From positions 47,145 to 111,144 of IMG/VR virus record IMGVR_UViG_3300042889_001061: a DNA stretch of 64,000 nucleotides; one strand, given 5' to 3'. This document shows positions 19,559 through 28,876 of this stretch, piece by piece. The translations under genes were made by a program, and so were the position numbers. The notes beneath the pieces were generated by a model, which did no database searches, was not told the DNA's origin, and worked only from the letters and a program-made list of their open reading frames with translations. The stretch comes from a virus. Numbering within the stretch: position 1 is the stretch's first letter; each line of letters starts with the position of its first letter.

Positions 19559-19918
19559 ATGTCTGCAAATTTAAACACAAAAATAGTTACAACAACACCT
19601 TACACCGTGTTATCATCAGATGAAGTAATTTTTATGAATGTCCTTGGACCATCGTCTGTTATATTGCCAGCCAATGGCCTGGCCACAGGTGAAGATTGTT
19701 GCGGCGATGATGATGACGACTACAACGGCAAAAAAAAGCCAGTGCTAAAGCGTTCATATTACATCAAAGATATTTCAGGTAACTCGGCAGCGAACCCAGT
19801 TACTATTACATCAGCAGGATCCAAGTCCATTGACAGCAATCCATTTGCAATCATCAATGGCGGATATGGTCATATACAGGTAGTGTATGACGGTACAAAC
19901 TGGAAGATTATAGGATAA
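19559..19918 (+). CDS. Stand-alone paralog of the collagen protein C-terminal domain
   Basis: TTPYTV...LPA...IKDISG...NPVTIT...ID...YG.IQVVYDGTNW. Confidence 0.7.
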   Translation: MSANLNTKIVTTTPYTVLSSDEVIFMNVLGPSSVILPANGLATGEDCCGDDDDDYNGKKKPVLKRSYYIKDISGNSAANPVTITSAGSKSIDSNPFAIINGGYGHIQVVYDGTNWKIIG

Positions 19919-19958
19919 TCATTCCAATTAAAATTAGTTAATATAAAGGAAAACTAAA

Positions 19959-20363
19959 ATGTCATATACAAATAACCCAACGTCGATACTTGCCGGAGCA
20001 GGTATTACAGTATCACCAACAACAGGTACAGGTGCAAATACAATTACTCTTAGTGCCAGTGGTATTAATCCTGTGGCAGTTAGAGTTGCAGTTGCAACTC
20101 CAGTCGTGGCCAGTGCAACCACAGATGAAGTAATCAGCGTACAAGTTCCTGGTCCAGTTGCTGTGGCAGTTACATTGCCAGCAGGTGTTGCCGGTAAAGT
20201 ATTCACAATCAAAGACGGACTAGGATTGGCTGCACCAGCAACACCTATTACTATTACACCAACAGTCCCTGACACAGTAGATGGCGCCGCCACTGCTACA
20301 ATTGATGCACCATTTGGTTCATTGACATTGGTCTTTGATGGCGCACAGTGGATACTAGTATAA
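19959..20363 (+). CDS. Third paralog of the same beta-rich domain
   Basis: TLPAGVAGKVFTIKDGLG...ITIT..VDGA...FGSLTLVFDGAQW. Confidence 0.7.
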   Translation: MSYTNNPTSILAGAGITVSPTTGTGANTITLSASGINPVAVRVAVATPVVASATTDEVISVQVPGPVAVAVTLPAGVAGKVFTIKDGLGLAAPATPITITPTVPDTVDGAATATIDAPFGSLTLVFDGAQWILV

Positions 20364-20364
20364 T

Positions 20365-20643
20365 ATGTACAAAAGAATCACTCATACGATTGTCGAGGAA
20401 CATTTCGACCATCCTGAGGCAGTAGCAATGGCAGCCGAATCTAAATCTAAAGGTAAAGCCCCATTGCGCTATTATGCTGACGGCCAACAGATAGCATCTG
20501 ATTTACCGCAGTCTTATCAATTAGCAGTAGGAGAAAATCGCTGTGGCAATTGTCTAGCATTTGACCCAACTAGAAACGTTTGTAAGCAATGGATGTTACC
20601 TGTGCGAGCAGACTATGTTTGTGCCGCATGGACAGTAATTTAA
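20365..20643 (+). CDS. HiPIP-like four-Cys protein with shared N-terminal tag
   Basis: YQ...CGNCLAF...C..W...V...YVCAAW. Confidence 0.6.
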   Translation: MYKRITHTIVEEHFDHPEAVAMAAESKSKGKAPLRYYADGQQIASDLPQSYQLAVGENRCGNCLAFDPTRNVCKQWMLPVRADYVCAAWTVI

Positions 20644-20655
20644 AAGGATAATAAA

Positions 20656-21273
20656 ATGGGAATTATAAGAAGACCTGAGCCACTTAAAGTCAAACTAGAA
20701 GATGTAGATACTCCTGTGGAAAACGAAGTAGTATGTATAGTCGAAGAAAGCGATGATGGTAACATTATTGAAATAATATGTGTACCAGAAGAATTTCTCG
20801 AAAAAGTCAAACCAGTAGAAGAAGTTCGAGCAGAATTTAAACCCAAGGCTGTGGTAACTTCTACTGCCACTGGGGAACAGTTCGGAACTTGGATTCCCGT
20901 TTTGCGTAGTACAGGCACAATTGATGTTAACATTAGAAATGCTTTTTATACAAAAGTTGGACAGTTAGTAACCTGTACATTTGATATAATAGTTACTAAC
21001 ATGTCTGAACGAAATAATTCTTCTATAACGCTGAATGGACTGCCAATTAACAGTATAAATTCTCAGGGAATAGCAGGATCTGCTCATTTATCTTATTTTA
21101 AAACGCCAACCAATGAATTAACTCATATAAGTGGCACAATAAACGGCAACGATACTAGAATAGATTTGTGGTGTGAACGACATGGTCGCAAAGGACTATT
21201 ACCGTTAACTCAACAGGATATTCAAATCAACACAGTTCTAGCAGGAACTGTAACTTATATTACAAATTCTTAA
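20656..21273 (+). CDS. Fibre-tip-like beta domain protein with acidic N-terminus
   Basis: GTWIP...YTKVGQLVTCTF...LNGLP pattern seen in tail-fibre C-termini. Confidence 0.5.
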   Translation: MGIIRRPEPLKVKLEDVDTPVENEVVCIVEESDDGNIIEIICVPEEFLEKVKPVEEVRAEFKPKAVVTSTATGEQFGTWIPVLRSTGTIDVNIRNAFYTKVGQLVTCTFDIIVTNMSERNNSSITLNGLPINSINSQGIAGSAHLSYFKTPTNELTHISGTINGNDTRIDLWCERHGRKGLLPLTQQDIQINTVLAGTVTYITNS

Positions 21274-21283
21274 GGAGAATATT

Positions 21284-21976
21284 ATGTACAAAAAAATTAC
21301 GCACAACATAGTCGAAGAGCACTTTGACCATCCCGTAGCCAGTCAGATTAAGAAATCTATGACTAGATCTAAAATTCCTAATAATGAAGTTTTTTCAGAA
21401 ATCAAATTTAGATCAGATATAAACTCATATTTCGAAAACTATAAATCACGAATTAATTCTATGATCAACAGTGCAACTGGCACTGAAGAAGATTTAATTA
21501 AACCATTTGAAGAAATATTCAACAACTCTTGGGTTGATGGTCTTGGCAACATGACCAAGCCCATATACTTCAGCGAATTAGGTGAAAGAATTAATTCTGC
21601 TTTTAGAAGTTTTCCTGTGACTTTATTAATAATGATACAACTCTTAAAAACTGGAAGAGATATAACTGCGTCAACTCGTAGATTTGTAGGTGCCAGGGAT
21701 GACTTGTCAATAGCATTAAATAATTTTAATCCGGCTTGGCAAAATACAGCAATAAGCTCGTTGTTTACGACCATTACAACTGAAATGATAAATCAAGTTA
21801 AAGCTCGATTGAAAAAAGATTCCAATGCTGAATTACAATCTGCACAACAAATTGCTCAAGCATTCGAAACATTTGAAAATGCATTTGTAAATGGAATAAT
21901 CAGTCAACATCCAGAAAGATTTTCTATATCAACTCCTGTGATTGCTCCAACTTCTTATAATAGAGATATAATGTAG
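21284..21976 (+). CDS. Helical-bundle protein with shared N-terminal tag, paralog of 16896..17636
   Basis: MYKKITHNIVEEHFDHP; LNNFNPAW; FVNGIISQHPERF. Confidence 0.65.
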   Translation: MYKKITHNIVEEHFDHPVASQIKKSMTRSKIPNNEVFSEIKFRSDINSYFENYKSRINSMINSATGTEEDLIKPFEEIFNNSWVDGLGNMTKPIYFSELGERINSAFRSFPVTLLIMIQLLKTGRDITASTRRFVGARDDLSIALNNFNPAWQNTAISSLFTTITTEMINQVKARLKKDSNAELQSAQQIAQAFETFENAFVNGIISQHPERFSISTPVIAPTSYNRDIM

Positions 21977-21984
21977 ATTATAAA

Positions 21985-22731
21985 ATGTATGCCAAAGATT
22001 TTAGAGTAAGAGCTGACCCCGCAGACCGGCGAGATCGTTATTATAATTTTGCCAGAATAGAACAGCCCAGGAACTATGTCGATCTTCGACCCTGGGCTAG
22101 TCCTGTGGAAGATCAATTACATCTAGGAAGTTGTGTTGGACAAGCAGTTGTAGGCGCCTATGAATTATTATTAAACAAGTCGGATAGAACCAAGTTTACG
22201 GACCTAAGTAGATTATTTGTGTATTACAATGCACGTTTGTTGGATAATTCAATAGACGAAGACGTGGGTGCTTATGTTCGAGATGGAATTAAAGCTGTAA
22301 ACAAATACGGAGTTTGCAGTGAACAGTCGTGGCCATACTTAATAAAACGATTTACAGATGCTCCTAGTGTTCAAAGCTACGAAGATGCTCGTCGTAGATT
22401 GATAAAAAAATATTATAGAATAGAAAGTATAAAAGATATAGTCGATGCACTAAACGCAGACTGCCCTGTGGTCACTAGTTTTAATGTCTATAACAGCTTT
22501 GATGATTTAGAATATTCAGGCAATCACGTATTGCCAATGCCACAAGCCAGCGAAAACTTAATTGGTGGTCATGCTGTTACTTTTGTAGGCTATGATTTAT
22601 CAAAGAAATTGTTTTTAGCAAGAAATAGTTTCGGTACAGATTGGGGTATGGACGGATACTTTTGGGTACCCTTTGACTATGCAGAAAAAGACTTTATGGA
22701 TAGCTGGGTATTTGACATCGAACTAATTTAG
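21985..22731 (+). CDS. Papain-like C1 cysteine peptidase
   Basis: VDLR...DQLHLGSC, LSRLFVYYNAR, GGHAV, RNSFGTDWGMDGYF. Confidence 0.93.
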   Translation: MYAKDFRVRADPADRRDRYYNFARIEQPRNYVDLRPWASPVEDQLHLGSCVGQAVVGAYELLLNKSDRTKFTDLSRLFVYYNARLLDNSIDEDVGAYVRDGIKAVNKYGVCSEQSWPYLIKRFTDAPSVQSYEDARRRLIKKYYRIESIKDIVDALNADCPVVTSFNVYNSFDDLEYSGNHVLPMPQASENLIGGHAVTFVGYDLSKKLFLARNSFGTDWGMDGYFWVPFDYAEKDFMDSWVFDIELI

Positions 22732-22824
22732 GGTCTTGTTACCAGTTTTTCTTTCAGGTACATAAAAATAGCGATCGAACTAGAACAGCTAGATAAAATA
22801 CATACGGTTAGTTACGAGTCGCAG

Positions 22825-22957
22825 GACTATATAATAAGTTACAGACAATAAATAGTTTATACATTACATACATAGAGAGAAAATTATGAGCATAAACAGT
22901 TATGAAATTTGTCTTGAACTATTCAAGATGTCAAAAGAAACACTAGTAAATATATGA
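22825..22957 (+). repeat. Degenerate duplicate of 23601-23718 (promoter, RBS and first ~20 codons of 23658 gene)
   Basis: Encodes MSINSYEICLELFKMSKETLVNI* vs MSTNGYEIRLELLKMSKEML. Confidence 0.85.
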
Positions 22958-23571
22958 TGAACAGTGATTTTTCTATCATAGAAGATTGTAGTCCTTATTA
23001 TATAAGATTTACGCACAGTAATATCGATGACATTATAAAATTAGCCAATGATGCAATAGCAGAATATACGTTTTCTGAAAAATGGACAGTTCAAAATCTT
23101 GACTATGCTGTAGTAAAAAAAATAAAAAATCTCTGCCCGTTATTCGACGCCTTTGATCTGTCAGTACATCGTGTTAGTATGTTTGTTTCCCAACCCGGAC
23201 TTTATTATAGAGCACATAAAGATGGTCCCAATCATAGATTTAGTATAAACTATACAGTTAAGATTTTAGACAATAAATGTGTTACTAGTTGGTACAGCGA
23301 TGAAGACTTACAAAAATATCCAATTGATTATCTAGGTGGCAGGTCAAGGGAATGTGTGGATTTTGATAAATCTGCTCATACGCCTTTGAAAAGTATGGTT
23401 GCAGTTCCGGGGGAATGTATATTATTCAACACTGATATATTTCATGCCTGGGATAATCAAGCTAGCAAAAATGAAAGAATGGTATTAACATTAAGATTGA
23501 AAGATTATAGTCAACCTAATTCTTTTTTCCAAGATGCAAGAGATACATTATTAAAATTAGCAGACAAATAA
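22954..23571 (+). CDS. 2OG-Fe(II) oxygenase/cupin-like protein
   Basis: AHKD ... FNTDIFHAW ... RMVLTLR. Confidence 0.65.
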   Translation: MMNSDFSIIEDCSPYYIRFTHSNIDDIIKLANDAIAEYTFSEKWTVQNLDYAVVKKIKNLCPLFDAFDLSVHRVSMFVSQPGLYYRAHKDGPNHRFSINYTVKILDNKCVTSWYSDEDLQKYPIDYLGGRSRECVDFDKSAHTPLKSMVAVPGECILFNTDIFHAWDNQASKNERMVLTLRLKDYSQPNSFFQDARDTLLKLADK

Positions 23572-23657
23572 GAAGATATTCATTGATTTGTGAGTCATAA
23601 GACTATATAATAGTGTACAGACAATAGTTTGTACATTACACACATAGAGAGAAAATT

Positions 23658-23918
23658 ATGAGCACAAATGGCTATGAAATTCGTCTTGAACTACTCAAGA
23701 TGTCAAAAGAAATGCTAGAGCAAGACTGGCATGCAAATCGCGAGACGCTTCAGCGTCAATGGGAACAAGAGGTTAATCTGGTCCAGATCCGAGCACAAGC
23801 GTCCGATCAACCAGTTGAATCGATTCCTACACAACCAACCTTCCGACCTTTTCCTACAGAAGAAGAGATCATCAAGAAGGCCAAGGTCTTAAACGAGTTT
23901 GTTGCCCAACGAGCATAA
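23658..23918 (+). CDS. Small helical phage protein
   Basis: YEIRLELLKMSKEML...PTEEEIIKKA..LNEFV; followed by terminator 23937-23973. Confidence 0.75.
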   Translation: MSTNGYEIRLELLKMSKEMLEQDWHANRETLQRQWEQEVNLVQIRAQASDQPVESIPTQPTFRPFPTEEEIIKKAKVLNEFVAQRA

Positions 23919-24040
23919 ACGGTTAAACTGACCACTAAAACGGAGAAATGCACTATTGCTTTCTCCGTTTTTTTGTTGTATAATAGTTTTACGTTGTTAA
24001 AGTTAACAGCGACGATTTTAACATTTAAAGGAAAATTAAA

Positions 24041-24301
24041 ATGAACGTTACTACAAAATCAGGCAAGTTGCTAGAAGCATTGCAATCTGGTGAGAAGTTG
24101 ACAGCCAAGCAGATCTCTGCTCGCTTTGGTATTAAAAACCCAACAGCAACCGTAAGCGATCTACGCTTCAGCGGTTATGCAATTTATGCTAATCAGCATA
24201 AAGATACTAATGGTCGTCAGACCACTAAGTATCGCTTGGGCAATCCAAGCCGCCGTATTGTAGCCGCAGGCTACCGTGCTATGGCAGGTGGCCTAGTCTA
24301 A
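24041..24301 (+). CDS. Winged helix-turn-helix DNA-binding protein
   Basis: LTAKQISARFGIKNPTATVSDLRFSGYAIY; terminator 24322-24350. Confidence 0.75.
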   Translation: MNVTTKSGKLLEALQSGEKLTAKQISARFGIKNPTATVSDLRFSGYAIYANQHKDTNGRQTTKYRLGNPSRRIVAAGYRAMAGGLV

Positions 24302-24362
24302 TCTAGACTTAGGTTAGTAAATAAAAGGATACAGAGATGTATCCTTTTTTCACGAGTGCAAT

Positions 24363-24887
24363 ATGGATTTAAAGCAAATAATTAGAACAGTGAATGATTT
24401 TCCTAAACCAGGAGTTAAGTTTTTAGATGTAACTAGTATACTAGAAAATCCAATGGCATTTAGAAAAACAATTAATTGGCTGATTAAAGTAGCGGCAGCT
24501 CATGAAATTGAAAGTATCGTAGCAATTGATGCTCGGGGATTTATTTGGGCGGGCGCTGTTGCCAATGAACTACGTTGTCCATTACATCTTGCACGGAAGC
24601 CAAGCAAGCTACCTGGCAATATAGTTACTAACACCTACGACACAGAATACAGTACTGCCAGCTTGAGCATGTTAAAAGACATAAAAATTAAAGGTCCAGT
24701 AATGATCATAGATGACATACTGGCCACTGGCGGAACATTAAATGCCGTTGGAGAAATGCTACATCGAGAATTTCAAATCGAGCCCGAGAATCAAATCCAT
24801 ACTGTAATTGCCAACTTAGATTTTCTACCCGGTAAACAGTTTTTAATCGATAAAGGTTATATAGTCAAGAATTTGATTAATTACTGA
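24363..24887 (+). CDS. apt: Adenine phosphoribosyltransferase
   Basis: DFPKPGVKFLD, DARGF, ARKPSKLPG, IIDDILATGGT. Confidence 0.93.
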   Translation: MDLKQIIRTVNDFPKPGVKFLDVTSILENPMAFRKTINWLIKVAAAHEIESIVAIDARGFIWAGAVANELRCPLHLARKPSKLPGNIVTNTYDTEYSTASLSMLKDIKIKGPVMIIDDILATGGTLNAVGEMLHREFQIEPENQIHTVIANLDFLPGKQFLIDKGYIVKNLINY

Positions 24888-25735
24888 CCAACTCTAATTT
24901 TATGTCTGTCAACGGCAGAACGGCACCACAGCATGGGACACGCAAAAGACAAGTCAGGTGCTTGCCAATCCTCGTCAAATACGTTTCTTATATCCCTGCC
25001 ACCGCATTCACTGCCAGATGCAAAGCCTTTATGACTGATGCGTAAAAAATCAATGCCTGCATAACATTGTTTTCCTGTATAGCTAGGACTGTTGTCTTTA
25101 GGAGGCTCGTTCAACGGAATGTACACAGGAGCCTGTATGACCACAGGTACTTGATAATCTTCAGGCAAGCCCTGTATTAAATTAATATCTTTAATACTGT
25201 AACCTGACCAATAATTATTTCCATCTTCATTTTTTAAAATTTGTTCCTCTACTCCAATTTCTAGGCTAGATAACTCAACAACTTTTTCCCTGCATTCTTT
25301 GATCTTACCAGGCATTAATGGTACCATAATTCTTATTTTTTTATCATTTTCTTTACACAAGTCGACGATATATTCTAACACGCTTGAGTTTTGCCAATGA
25401 TGATGTGTTACCTTTAAGTAGTCTACATAGTTGATAATTTCCATTACTCCAAACCAACTGTCTCCACCAGATGTGTCCAATCTAACATAAGATTCTTTTT
25501 CTTTTATTTTTCTAAGTAATAAATTTAAGTTGGGGAAATGCAAGGGCTCGCCGCCACTTAATGTCCATTTAATTTTATCACCGTGCTGATATCTAGTTTG
25601 TTGTAGCTTTTCCACCACGCCTAAATATTGATCTAAAGTTCGAGTTAATTCGCCACCACTCCATTTACTGGGGCAGTATTCACAGTCATGTTCGCAATAA
25701 CTATTGAGTTTCCAGTTGATTTCTAAGGTTTTCAT
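24881..25735 (-). CDS. Radical SAM protein
   Basis: CEHDCEYC, SGGEP, C-terminal Cys cluster. Confidence 0.88.
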   Translation of the reverse strand: MKTLEINWKLNSYCEHDCEYCPSKWSGGELTRTLDQYLGVVEKLQQTRYQHGDKIKWTLSGGEPLHFPNLNLLLRKIKEKESYVRLDTSGGDSWFGVMEIINYVDYLKVTHHHWQNSSVLEYIVDLCKENDKKIRIMVPLMPGKIKECREKVVELSSLEIGVEEQILKNEDGNNYWSGYSIKDINLIQGLPEDYQVPVVIQAPVYIPLNEPPKDNSPSYTGKQCYAGIDFLRISHKGFASGSECGGRDIRNVFDEDWQAPDLSFACPMLWCRSAVDRHKIRVGQ

Positions 25736-25846
25736 ACACTTATTTAACCTTTACCGTTGACATATGAAGTTTAAACAGTGTATAATACATATTGATAACA
25801 TTAAAGTAGTAGTAAGAACTTTTCTGTTATGCACTAAATAAACTAC

Positions 25847-27226
25847 ATGGCATTTTTATTATTTTTTACAGCATTTGTCCTAAGCGGCATTGCGGCATAT
25901 TACAGCGTTATCGGTTTAATTGCAATCTTTTCAGCGGCAGTAATACCTGTTGCGATTATGGGTGGCAGTTTAGAAGCGGCCAAACTAGTTGTGGCTAGTT
26001 GGCTGTATCGATATTGGAAAAGTATTCCTTTCTTAATGAAAGCATACTTTACATCGGCATTGGTTATCCTTATGCTGATCACAAGTATGGGTATCTTTGG
26101 TTTCTTGAGTAAAGCACACAGTGACCAAAGTTTAGTCAGTGGCGACGTAACTGCAAAAATTGCAGTCTACGATGAAAAAATCAAAACAGCAAAAGAGAAC
26201 ATAGATGCAAATCGCAAAGCACTTAAACAAATGGATGAAGCAGTTGACCAAGTCATGGGTCGCAGTACATCAGAAACGGGTGCCGATAAAGCCGTGGCTC
26301 TCCGTAGGAGTCAACAAAAGGAACGTGGGCGTCTCATTACTGAAATCGAAGCTTACCAGAAAACAGTTAGCGTACTTGCTGAACAGCGAGCGCCGATTGC
26401 CGCAGAAGTCCGCAAAGTAGAAGCTGAAGTAGGACCCATCAAATATATTGCCGCTATGATATATGGCGACAATCCTGATGAGAATAGTTTAGAACGTAGT
26501 GTACGTTGGTTGATTATTTTATTGATTGCAGTATTTGATCCATTAGCAGTTCTTATGCTGATAGCCGCTAATTTAACAATGATTAAACAAAAAGAGTGGC
26601 GAGAAAAATCAGCTTACGAAAAAGATGATGGACCATTAACAGAAGAACAAGTTGATCAAATTAAAGAATCTGTAAAAGAAGATTTACCTACAGGTGAAGT
26701 TACTACCAAGTCAGAACTTTTTCCAGAAGTTGAAAAATCTATGCTGGATACACATCCTTACTTATACAAGCCGTTTGTTCATTTTAGAGATACCACACCT
26801 ATAGTAGCTGAAAAAATAATAGAAGAGCCCGAACTAAAAATAGAGGAAGTTACTCATGATGATATGGAACAAATTAAAGATACAACTAACGAAGTTGGCC
26901 TGTCAGTGGTTGTTGAAGAACCACCAAGAACACCAGAAACTAATAAACAAGATGCTGGTTCCGGCTTTACTCCCAAGCCAGCAGTGGAAACAATGGGAAT
27001 AGACGCTCCAGCCAAAAAACCCCGGACCTCCAAAAAAAAAGTTGATGTAGAACAGGTCAATGAAGATAAATCTAATAGTGTCAGCGTAGAAGATCAAGTT
27101 AACTCAATGATTGAAAATAATGACACTACTGGATTAGAATCTATATATAAACAAATAGTAAAAGAGCTAGCAACAAAAAACCGCAGTAAAAGTACACACT
27201 GGGGACCTTTAAAAACTAAAAAATGA
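25847..27226 (+). CDS. Membrane protein with coiled coil and acidic tail
   Basis: Several N-terminal TM helices, EAEVGPIKYIA, FDPLAVLMLIA. Confidence 0.7.
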   Translation: MAFLLFFTAFVLSGIAAYYSVIGLIAIFSAAVIPVAIMGGSLEAAKLVVASWLYRYWKSIPFLMKAYFTSALVILMLITSMGIFGFLSKAHSDQSLVSGDVTAKIAVYDEKIKTAKENIDANRKALKQMDEAVDQVMGRSTSETGADKAVALRRSQQKERGRLITEIEAYQKTVSVLAEQRAPIAAEVRKVEAEVGPIKYIAAMIYGDNPDENSLERSVRWLIILLIAVFDPLAVLMLIAANLTMIKQKEWREKSAYEKDDGPLTEEQVDQIKESVKEDLPTGEVTTKSELFPEVEKSMLDTHPYLYKPFVHFRDTTPIVAEKIIEEPELKIEEVTHDDMEQIKDTTNEVGLSVVVEEPPRTPETNKQDAGSGFTPKPAVETMGIDAPAKKPRTSKKKVDVEQVNEDKSNSVSVEDQVNSMIENNDTTGLESIYKQIVKELATKNRSKSTHWGPLKTKK

Positions 27227-27651
27227 CAGACGAAACACAACATTATTACATCACTCCCCCTACTTTATTTTTACCTCCTGCGGGTCTTAGAGTATCATTA
27301 ATCGGTGTCGACGAAGATTGGATTGACAATATGAGTGACGAACTAGAGGATACTTTACCCAGTATTCCTATGACGTTTTATCATTTGGATACCAAAACAT
27401 CAGATCAATGGCAATGGCAATATCATATGATGGAACAAAGCAATCTTATTGTGGTCAATGTTGCACGTAGCTTGTCCATTGATTTATTGTTATCCTTTTT
27501 ACATATGGGCGACAACAAAATTTGGTTCTTTGTTGACCCAGAAGAAGTAGACAAAAACATTATGATATTATTAAATACTATTAATGCAAATGTGTTTTCT
27601 AGTTCGGATGAATTTCATAGTATGTTAACAGCGTTTATTGGTAATGCCTAA
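27223..27651 (+). CDS. Hypothetical protein
   Basis: Overlaps both neighbours. Confidence 0.65.
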   Translation: MTDETQHYYITPPTLFLPPAGLRVSLIGVDEDWIDNMSDELEDTLPSIPMTFYHLDTKTSDQWQWQYHMMEQSNLIVVNVARSLSIDLLLSFLHMGDNKIWFFVDPEEVDKNIMILLNTINANVFSSSDEFHSMLTAFIGNA

Positions 27652-28876
27652 TCAACCATTGATGAAATGCAGTTTCTGTGAAAAATCGCAGAACGAAGTA
27701 AAAAAACTTGTTGCAGGTGCAACTGGTTACATCTGCGATGAATGTATTGTATTGTGCAATGAAGTCATCAAAGATGATTTAATCAAATCGTCGTCTAAAG
27801 ACAATAAACTTCCCACTCCTCGAGAAATATTTGATCATCTTGATCAGTATGTTATTGGACAGGATCTTCCCAAATTAACTATGAGTGTGGCAGTGTACAA
27901 TCACTACAAGCGATTGTTTAACAAAAGCGATGTAGAGATTGAAAAGAGCAATGTATTATTAATTGGTCCAACTGGCAGTGGTAAAACATTATTGGCTAAA
28001 AGTATTGCTAGATTCCTGGATGTGCCTTTTGCTATCACAGATGCTACAAGTTTAACAGAAGCAGGCTATGTTGGTGAAGATGTTGAAAACGTTATTCATA
28101 AATTATATCAGGCGGCAGATCAAAACATCGAACGCTGTGAACAGGGCATTATCTATATTGACGAAATAGATAAAAAAGGACGCAAGAGTGAAGGTACTAG
28201 TATTACTCGTGATGTATCGGGCGAAGGCGTACAGCAAGCATTGTTAAAGATCATCGAAGGCACAGAATGTCGTGTACCAAGTGGAGGCGGCCGTAAACAT
28301 CCCGGTGGCGAAACATTAACTATTAACACTAAGAATATTTTGTTTATTCTAGGTGGAGCATTTGTAGGTCTAGAAGAAATTATTAACAAACGGGTAAATA
28401 CAAAATCTACCATGGGCTTTGTAGGAAGTCCTGTTAAAGAAAAAACATCGTTGGCGGGTGTTACATCCAGTGATGTTATCAAATGGGGTATGATTCCTGA
28501 GCTTGTGGGACGTATGCCACAGATTGCTGTATTAGAAGAACTCACAGAAGAACAACTTGTACGAGCAATGACCGAACCGAAGAACAGCTTGGTCAGTCAA
28601 TATCAAAGTCTATTCAAAATGGACAATGTCGAATTGACCATAGACGATCGAGCGGCATTGGCCATTGCAGTCAAATGCACTGAAATGAAATTAGGAGCAC
28701 GTGGTTTACGTGCAGAGCTAGAAAGTATACTGCTTAAAACGCAGTTTGTATTACCTGACTTGGCAGCAGAGAATGTCACGAAAGTTACAATTACAGAGGA
28801 AACAGTAACACATGGTAAAGAACCACTATTAATATATGGCAAACGAAAGACAAAACGAGAACAGAATTCTCAGTAA
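27644..28876 (+). CDS. clpX: ATP-dependent Clp protease ATPase subunit ClpX
   Basis: CSFC...CDEC zinc finger, GPTGSGKT, YIDEIDK, RDVSGEGVQQALLK. Confidence 0.97.
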   Translation: MPNQPLMKCSFCEKSQNEVKKLVAGATGYICDECIVLCNEVIKDDLIKSSSKDNKLPTPREIFDHLDQYVIGQDLPKLTMSVAVYNHYKRLFNKSDVEIEKSNVLLIGPTGSGKTLLAKSIARFLDVPFAITDATSLTEAGYVGEDVENVIHKLYQAADQNIERCEQGIIYIDEIDKKGRKSEGTSITRDVSGEGVQQALLKIIEGTECRVPSGGGRKHPGGETLTINTKNILFILGGAFVGLEEIINKRVNTKSTMGFVGSPVKEKTSLAGVTSSDVIKWGMIPELVGRMPQIAVLEELTEEQLVRAMTEPKNSLVSQYQSLFKMDNVELTIDDRAALAIAVKCTEMKLGARGLRAELESILLKTQFVLPDLAAENVTKVTITEETVTHGKEPLLIYGKRKTKREQNSQ

